Assembly (NCBI GenBank): GCA_000091205.1
Contig: AP006486.2
DNA: 64,000 nucleotides
Strand: one strand, 5' to 3'
Source: Cyanidioschyzon merolae
Taxonomy: Eukaryota
Position 1 is the first letter of the stretch. The number at the start of each line of letters is the position of its first letter. Below the pieces are notes generated by a model that was not told where the DNA came from, made no database searches, and was given only the letters and a program-made list of their open reading frames with translations. A program made the translations under genes and the position numbers. This document shows, one piece after another, positions 54,129 to 64,000 of this stretch.

Positions 54129-57100
54129 AAAGCGGCGTGCTCTGGTCCGTACCGGACATGTGTATACTTTCGCCGTTGTTTCCGCTCGAACGAACGCCGG
54201 TGTCCAGTCAGGCTCCAATAGACAATCGAAAAGCGGATTTTCTGGGTTTTCATGCGCTGCAACGAGTTGCATGTCGGTGGAGCGCTTGCTCGTAAGAACG
54301 TTCCCTCCATGGGCTCCGAGTGTTTGCCGTTTCTCCGGTTTTTATAGGAGAAACGCCGACCGATGATGACGCGGGCGGCTGAGCTCTGGCTGAAGAAGGT
54401 TCCAGCTTGCCTTTACGCAACGGCAGATTCCTGTAAACCTGCATATGGTGCTTTGTCGCAGCTTGTGCTCCGTGAGGACGAATACTTGGCGTCCACTTGT
54501 TTACAGCGGGAACAGAGTAGAGTTTTTCGGGAGGACTCACGAGGCATTCCTGTGGGACGCTCGTGCCAGGCGCCTGCTATACATACACCTGATCCAGATC
54601 TGATGTCAAAATACTTGGCGTCATCAAGTTAAAAAAGTATTAGAACCATCTTCGAATATCTTCAGCTGTGTCTCGTTATCGCTATGAAACTCGGCGGTAT
54701 ATTGGTGCACTGGGCGAGGGTTGGCGTCGTGTGGGTACGCTTCGCAACGCTTGGTATTGCTGGATATACAGGTAATGCGTACGAAAAACCAACGCTATCG
54801 TTCACGCTTTTGCTCCAGAGGATGCGAAATGTATGCTCTTGCTGACACGCTCTTTGAGGGTGCGCTGCGAGCGCGCTTCGAGGCGTCTCCGGGCGCATAC
54901 GCTCGCTGCACTATTGCTGCCTGCTCTGCTTGGTTATTCGTAGAGAAGTGAATGTTGGTATACCTGCACCAGATCAAGTTTTTGTTTGTTGTTCCGACAG
55001 GTATTCACAAAAAGAACGTATCCAGTGCATTGGGGAGAGGTTGTGAAAACACGTTATGGGGGCATTTCTAGTAAGCGAGAAACGATCTTGCTAGGTTGAG
55101 TCGCTCATCCGACGGTCAGCAGGCACGGTGAACCACTCTTCTCTTGATCCTTGTTTTGAACGACATGCACGCATAAGAGAATGGATGAAACGCTGCCTGC
55201 ACGACTGACTTGTCGTCCATTCATTCCAGTTTATACATTAAGGAAGAAAAACCGACAGAGGGGCCGCAAGTTGCGATATTTCCGCTCGGTTGGAGCGAAG
55301 GGCGATGAAGACAACCCGATGGACAAAGAAGCATATGGGCTTTGATGGAAGATCATCATGCATTGAGCAACAAACCCTCGATTCCGTACTGGAAAGCGAA
55401 CGCGTTTCACGGGAAGCAATAGAGCTCATCTCAGTGGATCCGGTTTCATTTGGGCGCAATGGTAGACACGTATATGAAAAGCCGGAGAGCTACAAGCCGA
55501 TGTTCGTAAATAATCGAGTGGCGACCATGCTGACAATATCAGTCTTCGATGCGACGCAGTCGTGTGGGTCCCCAAAGTCACCAAACCTACGGGATCGTTG
55601 AACACGTCATGATTCTTCGAAGCATGTCGTGGCTCCTTATTAGCATATTCTTTTACCGTGCTCCTGGACAAAGCCACTCTCCATCACTCAACACCTAACA
55701 TGGCATATACAACTGAGATCGGCGTTGAGCTGCGCTTCGTACCAGCCGATCGTTGCTTGGTCAGTCGAGTCGGCGTCATCTTCACAGTGATAAAAATGTC
55801 ATTTTGACGCTGGTAGATACTTAGATGATCCGTCTGCGTCTTGGCGGCACTGTTTGACAAGTCGTTCTCTACCTTTACCAGCACTGAACAGCTCTTTTGG
55901 TACAATCCTGGTGCGGATTAGTGACCGGAACGGCGTGATTTGCTTCGTTGGCGAGCTCACCGGGAACCAGGTAACGCAAATGGCGCTGAAGAGAAGTAGA
56001 CACGTACGTTGAAGAGGCTCATCCTGGTCCAAGCGTCGACCAAGTGCATCTGAATTCAGATGGAAAAACGGGTAAAGAGTCGAGGGACTATATCCATGGT
56101 ACTCTGTCAGGTAGAGGAAAGACGAAGAGGGAGCTGGTCTCTGCGAGCACGTATGCATCATTCGAACAACACCGCAAAGTGCACTGGCGGTGCTTGATCA
56201 AGGCTTCTCGTTTATCGGCAGGTAAAGAACAGACGGTTCCACGTTCCATGGAGACCAATGGCGATCCGGTCGACCTGCGCATCCTGGAACCCAGACCAGA
56301 ATAGAGCAACGAGTCTCACATTCAATCGTTCAAGATTGATAAAGGGACATATTTTGAGTAGTGCGCGGATCCCCGGAAGAAAGTCATCATAGCTGACGAT
56401 CTACCTCCATATCAGGCAGATGAAGCCAATTTCTTCAACGGAAGGCGGTTGCAGGGACTGAGATCTCCCAGGGCGCAGTCCTTTGATGATGTTGGTATGA
56501 TGGACGCCACGGGGCATACGAAAATGGAAACTAACAGCGTCAGGCCAAATCTCTACGCGCTGAGTACTGTATTGGGCCGAGGGAAGTACCTAGGACGCTT
56601 CATCCAGAAAGACGACGTGAGCACCCGACTGGCTCATGCAGAAGATCTCTGGCTGGAGTACAAGAAACCAGGCTGATGACGCCAGTGGCTGCGGTTCCAC
56701 AGAGGTATGGAACGTGCGTTAACCCATTTTTCCAATGATTTGGAAATGCTGCGTCGTTCTGTAATAGCCTGCGGCGCTGAACGTGCCGAAACGCGCCCTC
56801 GCAGTACTCCTCGTCCGCCAACGCCAATGCCAACGCTTAGCGAGTGCTGGAATCGATGCGGTGCGGGCAGCTCCGATGTGCACTTGATGACATCCAAGCA
56901 TCACAAGCGCGGGTACATGCTGAAACGGATGGAGAAGAAAGCCGTGAATCAAAGCCGAATGTACGGTAAGCAAACTGTACGTGACGCAGCGAGACAATGG
57001 CAAGTGAGAGGCTTGCCATGCTGTGAATCGCCAGTAACCAGTCCCGAAAGCACACGCTTCACCGAAGTTAGGGTCCCACGAACAACATCCATGACAGAAG

Positions 57101-57552
57101 CATCGTGCCGGGGCATGAAGCGGCTTCGTGTCGAACACAGTTTCCAGGGTATCGTTGCCTACGCTGTATCGAGCAGCATTTCAAAACGCCGACGACTTTC
57201 GATGAACAAACACCCAATGGTCGCAAGGCAAGGGTTACGTCTCCTACCTTGATGAATCCACCGATACCGTACGTCCAGCAGTCTGCAAAGTGAGAGGCCT
57301 CATCTCCGAGCACACTGGGAACGATCTTCCTCTCCAAGCGTTGAACGATCCCAGTGCTCTATTCTAATTGTTTGCGTCCGAGTATCAGCTATGCGCTTCC
57401 TTCTGCATCCCAGAATCAATGAAATAAAACACGAGCGTTTACGCGTTGTCGATGAAATCCTCCTCGTGCTCCTCTTACTCGCTCAGTCTCAATGCGCTTT
57501 CTCGACACATCCGCCGCCTGCTGAATCACACACAAAATGCGTGCATCGACAA

Positions 57553-57709
57553 GCACGCACGCACGCACGCACGCATGCACGCATGCACGCATGCATACCG
57601 CACAGACACAGCATGCGTGCATGCGCGGCAACGGTGGTTAATGACGGCGGTGGTGCGTTTTGTGCAGTGCGTTTGCGCTTATTCGAACGCTTGTGTGTGT
57701 GTGTGTGTG
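57553..57709. repeat. Compound microsatellites: (CACG)5(CATGCACG)n at ~57553–57595 and (GT)9 at ~57692–57709
   Basis: 'cacgcacgcacgcacgcacgcatgcacgcatgcacgcatgcat' and 'gtgtgtgtgtgtgtgtgtgg' lie ~100–250 bp upstream of the FHA-protein start codon. Confidence 0.9.
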
Positions 57710-57808
57710 GAGGACGCAACGGTTGCAGTACCTGAAACCTGCATCCTTGCTACTGGGGGTTTTACGTCCAAGTAGAGACTCTGGTGTAGAACAAAACGCA
57801 CCTCGTGG

Positions 57809-60800
57809 ATGACGATGCGGGACGAGGGTGCGGAGCGCGCTGCCTCCGAGGAGGCAGCCCTCGAGGCACACCCAGTGCAGCCCGGCCCTTCCGGTGGTTA
57901 CGCGAAACTTTTCCTGAAGGCTTTTGATCCTGATACAGGGCAGACCACTTCAAGAGAGTATGTTATTCGAAAGCTGGTTGTCTCTTTGGGTCGGAGCACA
58001 GCGCCGGATCCGGAGCGGGCGTTTGAAGCCGCAGCGGAGGGTGTCGACCTCGGAGCCGGCTTCTCGAGCAAGCTCTCGCGACGACACGCTACGATTCAGT
58101 GGAATGCAGATCAGCAACGCTTCGAAGTTGTCTGCAATGGTAAGAACGGGATTCTAGTGGTGCACGCGGACACATATCGTCAGTTGCGACCGGGAGACGC
58201 GGCGGAGCCGTTAGATTCCTACTCCACGATCTTGCTCGGCGATTGCCTTGTGGTGTTCGTTTTACCCAAGGCGACGCATGTGCTGCCTGGGGTAGCGGCA
58301 GTTACAGCGGGCGTCACAGCATCGCCGACAAGTGACCCTGCCGTGCAGCGCCTAGCTCCCAGTCGAGCCGGGCTGCAACGAGTCGGGGCTGCACGATCAT
58401 CCAGTGCGCCTTTGGCACGCGATTTTCAGCGGATTCGTGTTCGATGGAATAAATCGGACCAAGAGGCGCTGCTGCGAGGCCTTATGCGATTCGGGTATGG
58501 TCGGTGGAAGGAGATCCTCCAGCATGCAGAGAGTGGGCGGCTGGACCGCAAACCGCTTGATGAGCTGATCATCATGGCCCGTCGGATGGTGATCATGGCT
58601 GCTCTACATGCGGTTGGACCGGAGAATCGAGCGATGCTGCGGATTCTCGCGAGTTCTGGTGAAGGCACACGGGGCAGTGGCTCAGCGGCCGCTGCGTCCC
58701 AACAGCGTGAGCTCGAGCAGGAGGTTTCTTCAGTTGCAGCGGGACTGTCTGATACCAAGACGGAGAGACGCAAGTACGTGCGCTGGGCACGGCGTTTCCG
58801 TCTCCTGCATCGGATTGAGCGCATCGTTCAAAACGCGGCTGTGATGCAGCGGATCGAAGAGGGTGATTTAGACATATCTGGCAAACCGCCTGCTGATTGC
58901 TGGGGCCCGATCGACGATGCAGATTTGCTCCGTGGCGTCTACAAGCTTGGATTCGGAGACTTTCACCGCCTCTGGGAAGAGCCTACGCTGCATTTTCGGG
59001 AGCGCTACAGAGCGCCCGTCACCGCCTCAGCGCCGCAAGTGGAAGAGGACACCCGCTCAGACGCACAGGCAGCACGGACAGGCGAACCATTTGAGGGCTC
59101 GGAAGCGTCCTCCCGCGAGGCTGAACATGACGAGCAGCGAAACCTATTGCCAACTGTTGGCGAGTGTGCTTCGCCATCCAAGAAGAGTTCTGTGGCGGCC
59201 TCAACAGCGGAGACACCGGAAGCTGACGTATCACTCAGCAACAATGAAGCTTCGCTCACGGAAGCAGCATCACTCGGGGGCGGTAGCCCGGCTGACGATT
59301 TAGGGATCTTTGCCGTCGACAAGTCGCAGCGTCCGGAATCGACGAGCAGAGATGAGCGCACGCCGTTTCCGAGCTCGGTAGAACTCATTCGCCGTCTGCG
59401 CATTGTTGTGAACAGAGTGGCGCGTCTTATCGAGCCTCGCAACAAAGAGGAGGCGCAACTGGCCACACCAGCCGCATTCGCCCCTGAATGGCCTGGCAAC
59501 GAGGACGCAGTTCTCGCCCGCGACTGCACCACCAGTGTGAAGCGACTAGCGGTATCGCGCATCGCACGGCAACAAGCGCTCCTAACACCCAAGCCGGATG
59601 CGCTCACGAAAAATGATTTAATGATGGACGCAGCGAGTCTGGAATGGGCCCGGGGCCGACTCGAAAAGGCCCAACGGTTCAACCGAAGGCAAGTTAAGGA
59701 GTTTGAGCGCGCGCTTGTGAATTACGGACTCGACTACTTGCCCACAGAGAGACCCGATGATCCTCATGGCATCGTTCATGACTGGCTGCGCTTTGTTCGT
59801 CGCTGTCCATTTGTTCAATACATGCTCCCGGAGACGCTAGAAGAGTACTATATTGACTTTGTCCGCGAGTGTTATCGAGTCTTGGCCACTGACCCGGCCG
59901 AATCACCGCAGCGGAAGAGTGCTGAACCAGCAGGCAGTGAAGACGACGACGACCACGACGACGACCACGACGAAGAACGCACTCCGAACGAGAGCGCCGC
60001 TGCGGCCCCCGAGCCGCCCTCCGCCGCCGTTGTCGCCGAGCACAGTACGCTGGCGCCTAGTGCTGACACCGTTGCGAACGCTTCCAGTTCGTCCAATCGT
60101 TACGCATCGGCCAGCCCCGAGGCCAGTATTGACCCCGCCATGTTAGAGAGAGCGCGTGACTTTCCACCATCGACGCTCTTTCCTAATCTGGATCGCAAGC
60201 GCGCCCGCAAGGCGCTCGTTCGACTGCATCTGTTTCGGGTTCTTCGGTTGTATGTTCTCGCGTTACCGGCCAAGTCGCTTGCCGATCTCATACAGAGTTT
60301 GGGTTCGGTGAAACTGCCCCAGTCGTCAGCGGGCGAGTTGCCGGTCTGGTGGCGACCTGTTCACGATCGTGCGCTTCTGTACGGCATCGATCGCCATGGT
60401 CTGGGTCAGGGTGCCTTTGAACAAATCGCACAGGATCATGAGCTGGGATTCCCTCAATCCATAGAGTCCTACTGTGCTGCACAGACGTTCGAGGGCGCTC
60501 AGGTGTTGCGAATGCAGCTGGGCTTTCCTCGAGTGCATGCAGCCCTGCGTCGAGCGCGAGCTGTCATGGACTGGATCTGTGCTGCGTTACAGGCGCGCCC
60601 GCTGCCCACCGAGACCAGTCTGTACGATGATGAGGCGCGCGATGCGGCGCTTGCACGAGCGCAACGAATTGGCACAGAATCCAAGTGGATGGAGCGCCTC
60701 CTGTATCAGTTCTTGGCAGAAAACAACGTGCCGGTAAGACTGCAGCGGACTGCACCGACTGGTCAGTCGAACGCCACGTCTGGACAAGATGCCGCGAATG

Positions 60801-61627
60801 ACTCAGCGGAGGTGGCAGCTGCAACGACGACTAAGAGTGCCGCGATCGCTTGCGCGGACGATCAAGCATTGCATCGTTTAGAGCAGCCAGCGAGCAATGT
60901 GCACGCCGACTCCTCGTCAGAGCCGATGAGTGGATCGGTGCATTCGTCGGTGCAACACGTGAAAGGTCGCCCGCGTATCTTCGAGACGCTCAGAATTCTC
61001 GGCTTCATCACTAGGCGAATGCCAGGTGCGCCCGGGCAAGTGCGAGAGCTCACGCAACCCGTTGATCTCGGCAACGGCCTGGTACTGCTCTCGCTGGGAA
61101 CGTTGCCGTCGCCGTCTTCCATGGCACTTGCACCGGCGTCATCGGCGTCCACGGACGACAGTCTGCAACTCCTGGTTCCGTGCGGGTTCCGCTCGGTGCG
61201 CCAGCTGCAAGCATCAGGTCACTGGTATGAAACGCAAGTCGATTTGGCATCGACGAGCGACGCTGAGGCCTCCTACCTGTACCGGGTACGGCAAGTGGAG
61301 TTCGTGCCGCCTCCTGCAATCGGTTCAAGCGCTGCCTCGGTTGCGAGCAGGGATTGGATTGCACCCGTAGAGGGCGGCTTTGATGCAATGAGCTCGAATC
61401 TCAACACCCTGTGGATCCGAGTACTGAACAGTACCACGGAGACCGGGCTAGCAGCGGGGACAGCCTCGTTCGTCACCCTGGTGAGCGGTGTCGAGCGCGC
61501 CGGTCTTGCAGATCCGCTCGTGCAGCGCTACTTGCAGGCACTGGTGCCCACTGAGGAGCACGCTGACCCGCCGTCATCGCTCCGGGATGATGCGTTGCCG
61601 CCGCAGCTCTCGACTACATCCGATTAG
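57809..61627 (+). CDS. Large nuclear protein with an N-terminal FHA domain and three SANT/Myb-like repeats
   Basis: The FHA core is 'VIRKLVVSLGRSTAPD...KLSRRHATIQWNADQQRFEVVCNGKNGILVV...GD...LGDCLVVFV' (GR...SR.HA.I...F.....NG..VN). The SANT/Myb-like units are 'RVRWNKSDQEALLRGLMRFGYGRWKEIL', 'GPIDDADLLRGVYKLGFGDFHRLWEE' and 'WRPVHDRALLYGIDRHGLGQGAFEQI'. There is an acidic tract 'DDDDHDDDHDEE' and long Ser/Ala-rich linkers. The protein is 1272 aa with no stop or frameshift. Confidence 0.6.
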   Translation: MTMRDEGAERAASEEAALEAHPVQPGPSGGYAKLFLKAFDPDTGQTTSREYVIRKLVVSLGRSTAPDPERAFEAAAEGVDLGAGFSSKLSRRHATIQWNADQQRFEVVCNGKNGILVVHADTYRQLRPGDAAEPLDSYSTILLGDCLVVFVLPKATHVLPGVAAVTAGVTASPTSDPAVQRLAPSRAGLQRVGAARSSSAPLARDFQRIRVRWNKSDQEALLRGLMRFGYGRWKEILQHAESGRLDRKPLDELIIMARRMVIMAALHAVGPENRAMLRILASSGEGTRGSGSAAAASQQRELEQEVSSVAAGLSDTKTERRKYVRWARRFRLLHRIERIVQNAAVMQRIEEGDLDISGKPPADCWGPIDDADLLRGVYKLGFGDFHRLWEEPTLHFRERYRAPVTASAPQVEEDTRSDAQAARTGEPFEGSEASSREAEHDEQRNLLPTVGECASPSKKSSVAASTAETPEADVSLSNNEASLTEAASLGGGSPADDLGIFAVDKSQRPESTSRDERTPFPSSVELIRRLRIVVNRVARLIEPRNKEEAQLATPAAFAPEWPGNEDAVLARDCTTSVKRLAVSRIARQQALLTPKPDALTKNDLMMDAASLEWARGRLEKAQRFNRRQVKEFERALVNYGLDYLPTERPDDPHGIVHDWLRFVRRCPFVQYMLPETLEEYYIDFVRECYRVLATDPAESPQRKSAEPAGSEDDDDHDDDHDEERTPNESAAAAPEPPSAAVVAEHSTLAPSADTVANASSSSNRYASASPEASIDPAMLERARDFPPSTLFPNLDRKRARKALVRLHLFRVLRLYVLALPAKSLADLIQSLGSVKLPQSSAGELPVWWRPVHDRALLYGIDRHGLGQGAFEQIAQDHELGFPQSIESYCAAQTFEGAQVLRMQLGFPRVHAALRRARAVMDWICAALQARPLPTETSLYDDEARDAALARAQRIGTESKWMERLLYQFLAENNVPVRLQRTAPTGQSNATSGQDAANDSAEVAAATTTKSAAIACADDQALHRLEQPASNVHADSSSEPMSGSVHSSVQHVKGRPRIFETLRILGFITRRMPGAPGQVRELTQPVDLGNGLVLLSLGTLPSPSSMALAPASSASTDDSLQLLVPCGFRSVRQLQASGHWYETQVDLASTSDAEASYLYRVRQVEFVPPPAIGSSAASVASRDWIAPVEGGFDAMSSNLNTLWIRVLNSTTETGLAAGTASFVTLVSGVERAGLADPLVQRYLQALVPTEEHADPPSSLRDDALPPQLSTTSD

Positions 61628-62671
61628 ATGGGCATCGTCAGAGTCTGCATGGCGTCTTGGCGGCAACGGCAGTAGCATTCGTTTCGCCCGAGTCCGCGGG
61701 AATGCCGCACACACGTACCCGACTTGATCGATATGCGCATGTCACCAGCGGAGGAGGATACCATGGTACTCGCGTGCAAGCGTCGTGGTACCCATGTGGA
61801 TCCAGGTGCAGTTGCTTGTCACTGGATTCATGTCTCGTGACGGCGTTCCGGTGCCTGCAAGCTGCCTCGTCGCATATCGGATCCACAGCCGATACGTCTG
61901 TTCCCGTGTCGGGTGCATTTCTGGGAATGCATCGCCTGGGTGCTTGTTTCCGCTGCAGCGCTGCGCTCGAACTCGATATGAACTAGCGCACTGGTATGCT
62001 GCCTGCATACCTGGTATGGATTCAGGGGTTTCCCGCGAACACCCCGGTATCCGTATAAAGACAGGCGTTTGTTCCATGGATAACCAGCAATTGGAATACA
62101 CGATACTTTACGCGTCAATTGGCTCGTGCTGCGTTCCTGGGTACGCACTAGATTCATAAACGCTGCTCTACGTGAATGCATAAGCGTCGGGTCACTGGAG
62201 CGCACCTCTCGAGCTAGTACCAGTAGAACTGGAGAATGAACATGAATCACCGCATCAGGCACCCGATACGATGTCTATGGCGCAAGGATGCTGTCGAGCA
62301 CATCGTGAATTTTCAAATCACGTTTTGTCGCCATAATAAAAATACTCGCAATCCAGTATTCGAGACGATGCTCGGTGACCTTTATTGGCATCTGGAGCAC
62401 GCCGTAGCGTCCCGGACGGATATAGGCGCCACAGAGCGTCATGTGCGTCAGCAGCTGCAGCAACTGCTGCTGCTCATGGGCCACCTCACGAAACATGATA
62501 TCTATGGGCGTTCGGCGAGACGCGGGATGCTCGTTATCACGACAGGCTACGATCCTGTCCAGCACGGCAGTGACTTGGACTGAATCGAATCGAACCGATG
62601 TGCTGTCGATCGCTGGACTACCCATGGAAAGCGTGAAAACATGACAAGCCCCGCGTCGCACTGACATGGCG

Positions 62672-63997
62672 TCACCGATCACTCAGATGCGCGGCATCGC
62701 TATCTTCGAACGCACTACTGGTGGAGGAGTCGGAATTGCGCGCGTTCTTGCGTCGTCCTGGAGCCACAGGCAACGTCACGCTAGAAAACAGTGAGGTCGG
62801 GATCGAAGCCTCCGCAAGCGCTGCACCCGGAAATGCAAAGAGCGCCGCGACCGGTGCAGGCGGTGGTCGCAACGCCTGCACCAACCGACTTGTTAGAAAG
62901 CGCTCCACGGCGAGCATGCGGATTCTTTGCAAGGAGCCGGGCCGCTGATGTGTCGCAGCCAAAGCTGCCTGCAGTTGTTGTCTGCGGCGCTTACTCGTAA
63001 CCAGCACTGTTTCAAGGCTCTTTGCTTCGTCCAGATGTACGGTGGTTGTTTCAGCTGCTGTTGGACAAGCTGTTGTTCTGGTCTGTTCTCTCGATGATGA
63101 CCTCGACGTCGGAGCTGCAGCAGGCATGGACGCTGGCGGCGAGTCGCGAGCTTCGTTCGAGTTGCAGCTTGGTTGCAGGACGGAAGCGGGTTCCAGTATC
63201 CATCCCTCTAAGACAGCGTCTTTCCATACACGAGAGAGCACCAGGAGCTGGTCACGCGAGGCATGCGCCAGCGCCGCTCGAAAATGCTGTTGCAGCGTGT
63301 GATCATTCTTGAATTCGGAGCGCATCAAATGGGCTTGAAGCGCAAGCGGCGTAAGTGACATTTCCAGAATCGCACAGGTCTCCTGAAGCATCTCCCAAGC
63401 GGGCAAGAGATCAGCTATCCATGATGCATACATTTGTTGGCTCGATTCGAGTGCGGCCTGTGCATTTGGTTGCTCTACGAGGCGTGCCTGTACCCAACAG
63501 TACGCGTAACGAATCAGCTGCAGGAGGCCGGGGAAAGCGAGCCTTCCGCAGCGCAGCGCCTTATCAAGCATCATCAGTGCGGTAGCGTCGAAAAGCAGCG
63601 GTCCCGGAAGGAACAAACCATTTCCCATGATCGTTGATTCCAGGGGACGCATCAGCGACGGAATCCACATCGATTTCGTGTTGAAATGTGGACGTTCACG
63701 AACGGTTAGCAACTCATCAAGCACGGATTGCGTAAAGGCGTCCATGAGGGATGTTTTGGGACTAGATACGTTCACGGATTCTTGATCATCTCGCCGCGTT
63801 GCCGCAGAGTTTGCTGCTTCTGAGAACTGTGGTGACTGCTCTGATTTGCCCACAAAGCTCGGACCGAGAGCACTGTACAGTATGAATCGCGACGGAGTCG
63901 CAGATGACGATCGTGCTCCATTTGCGACAAAGTAGAGCACATCGCGAAGCTGCTGCGTCGCGGCGGTATCGGCCAGCACTGCGAGCAAGTCCACCAC
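62672..63997 (-). CDS. Hypothetical protein (≥441 aa), no recognisable domain; the N-terminus may lie beyond the window end
   Basis: This long intact minus-strand ORF reaches to within 3 nt of the window edge. Its amino-acid composition is in line with the other genes, with no low-complexity bias in the C-terminal half. Confidence 0.35.
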   Translation of the reverse strand: MVDLLAVLADTAATQQLRDVLYFVANGARSSSATPSRFILYSALGPSFVGKSEQSPQFSEAANSAATRRDDQESVNVSSPKTSLMDAFTQSVLDELLTVRERPHFNTKSMWIPSLMRPLESTIMGNGLFLPGPLLFDATALMMLDKALRCGRLAFPGLLQLIRYAYCWVQARLVEQPNAQAALESSQQMYASWIADLLPAWEMLQETCAILEMSLTPLALQAHLMRSEFKNDHTLQQHFRAALAHASRDQLLVLSRVWKDAVLEGWILEPASVLQPSCNSNEARDSPPASMPAAAPTSRSSSREQTRTTACPTAAETTTVHLDEAKSLETVLVTSKRRRQQLQAALAATHQRPGSLQRIRMLAVERFLTSRLVQALRPPPAPVAALFAFPGAALAEASIPTSLFSSVTLPVAPGRRKNARNSDSSTSSAFEDSDAAHLSDR

Positions 63998-64000
63998 CAG

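Noticed and set aside
57391-57775. ORFs encoding 'HARTHARTHARMHAC...' or 'CVCVCV' peptides
   Set aside because: They are a translation of the (CACG/CATG)n and (GT)n microsatellites upstream of the FHA gene. They are low-complexity and overlap in several frames.
1-64000. Search for CRISPR arrays, prokaryotic defence operons, transposase or integrase genes, rRNA
   Set aside because: No short direct repeats are regularly interspaced by unique spacers. Gene content is eukaryotic, with no operon-like co-directional clusters. No transposase, RT or integrase motifs (DDE, YxDD, R..H..RY) were recognised in any long ORF, and no rRNA-like conserved blocks were seen.

Overview
This is a GC-rich, intron-poor eukaryotic nuclear segment, not a prokaryotic island. 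About 20 uninterrupted genes sit on both strands, roughly one per 3 kb, separated by 1–2 kb intergenic regions that are sometimes compositionally distinct. Most genes are unmistakable eukaryotic housekeeping genes:
- MCM2 replicative helicase
- RNA polymerase subunit RPB7
- rRNA-processing factor EBP2
- Type I protein arginine methyltransferase (PRMT1-like)
- prefoldin beta subunit
- V-ATPase subunit e
- RluA-family pseudouridine synthase
- fructose-1,6-bisphosphatase
- glucose-6-phosphate 1-epimerase
- Nudix hydrolase
- gamma-carbonic-anhydrase-like protein
- an alpha-amylase-family GH13 enzyme
- a possible PsbQ-like lumenal protein
- a large FHA plus SANT/Myb-like nuclear protein.
The compaction, GC content and lack of introns fit a small unicellular algal-type genome such as a cyanidiophyte red alga; that is inference only.
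I found no CRISPR array, no recognisable prokaryotic defence or mobile-element gene set, and no convincing tRNA or rRNA gene.
The items worth a second look are:
- a bacterial-type SMR/EmrE-like four-helix transporter gene in a eukaryotic context
- a Cas4/RecB/EXO5-like PD-(D/E)XK nuclease with cysteine clusters
- a ~1.9 kb near-identical direct repeat present twice, 22 kb apart, with no recognisable gene content and an in-frame 42-bp VNTR expanded in one copy
- a G-depleted, pyrimidine-rich 64-bp tandem repeat in a divergent promoter
- duplicated E2F-like motifs upstream of MCM2
- lineage-specific low-complexity insertions in MCM2 and the glucose-6-phosphate epimerase
- several orphan ORFs and AT-richer gene-poor blocks.
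Many of the supplied six-frame ORFs are GC-driven artefacts, including a 491-aa ORF antisense to the methyltransferase.
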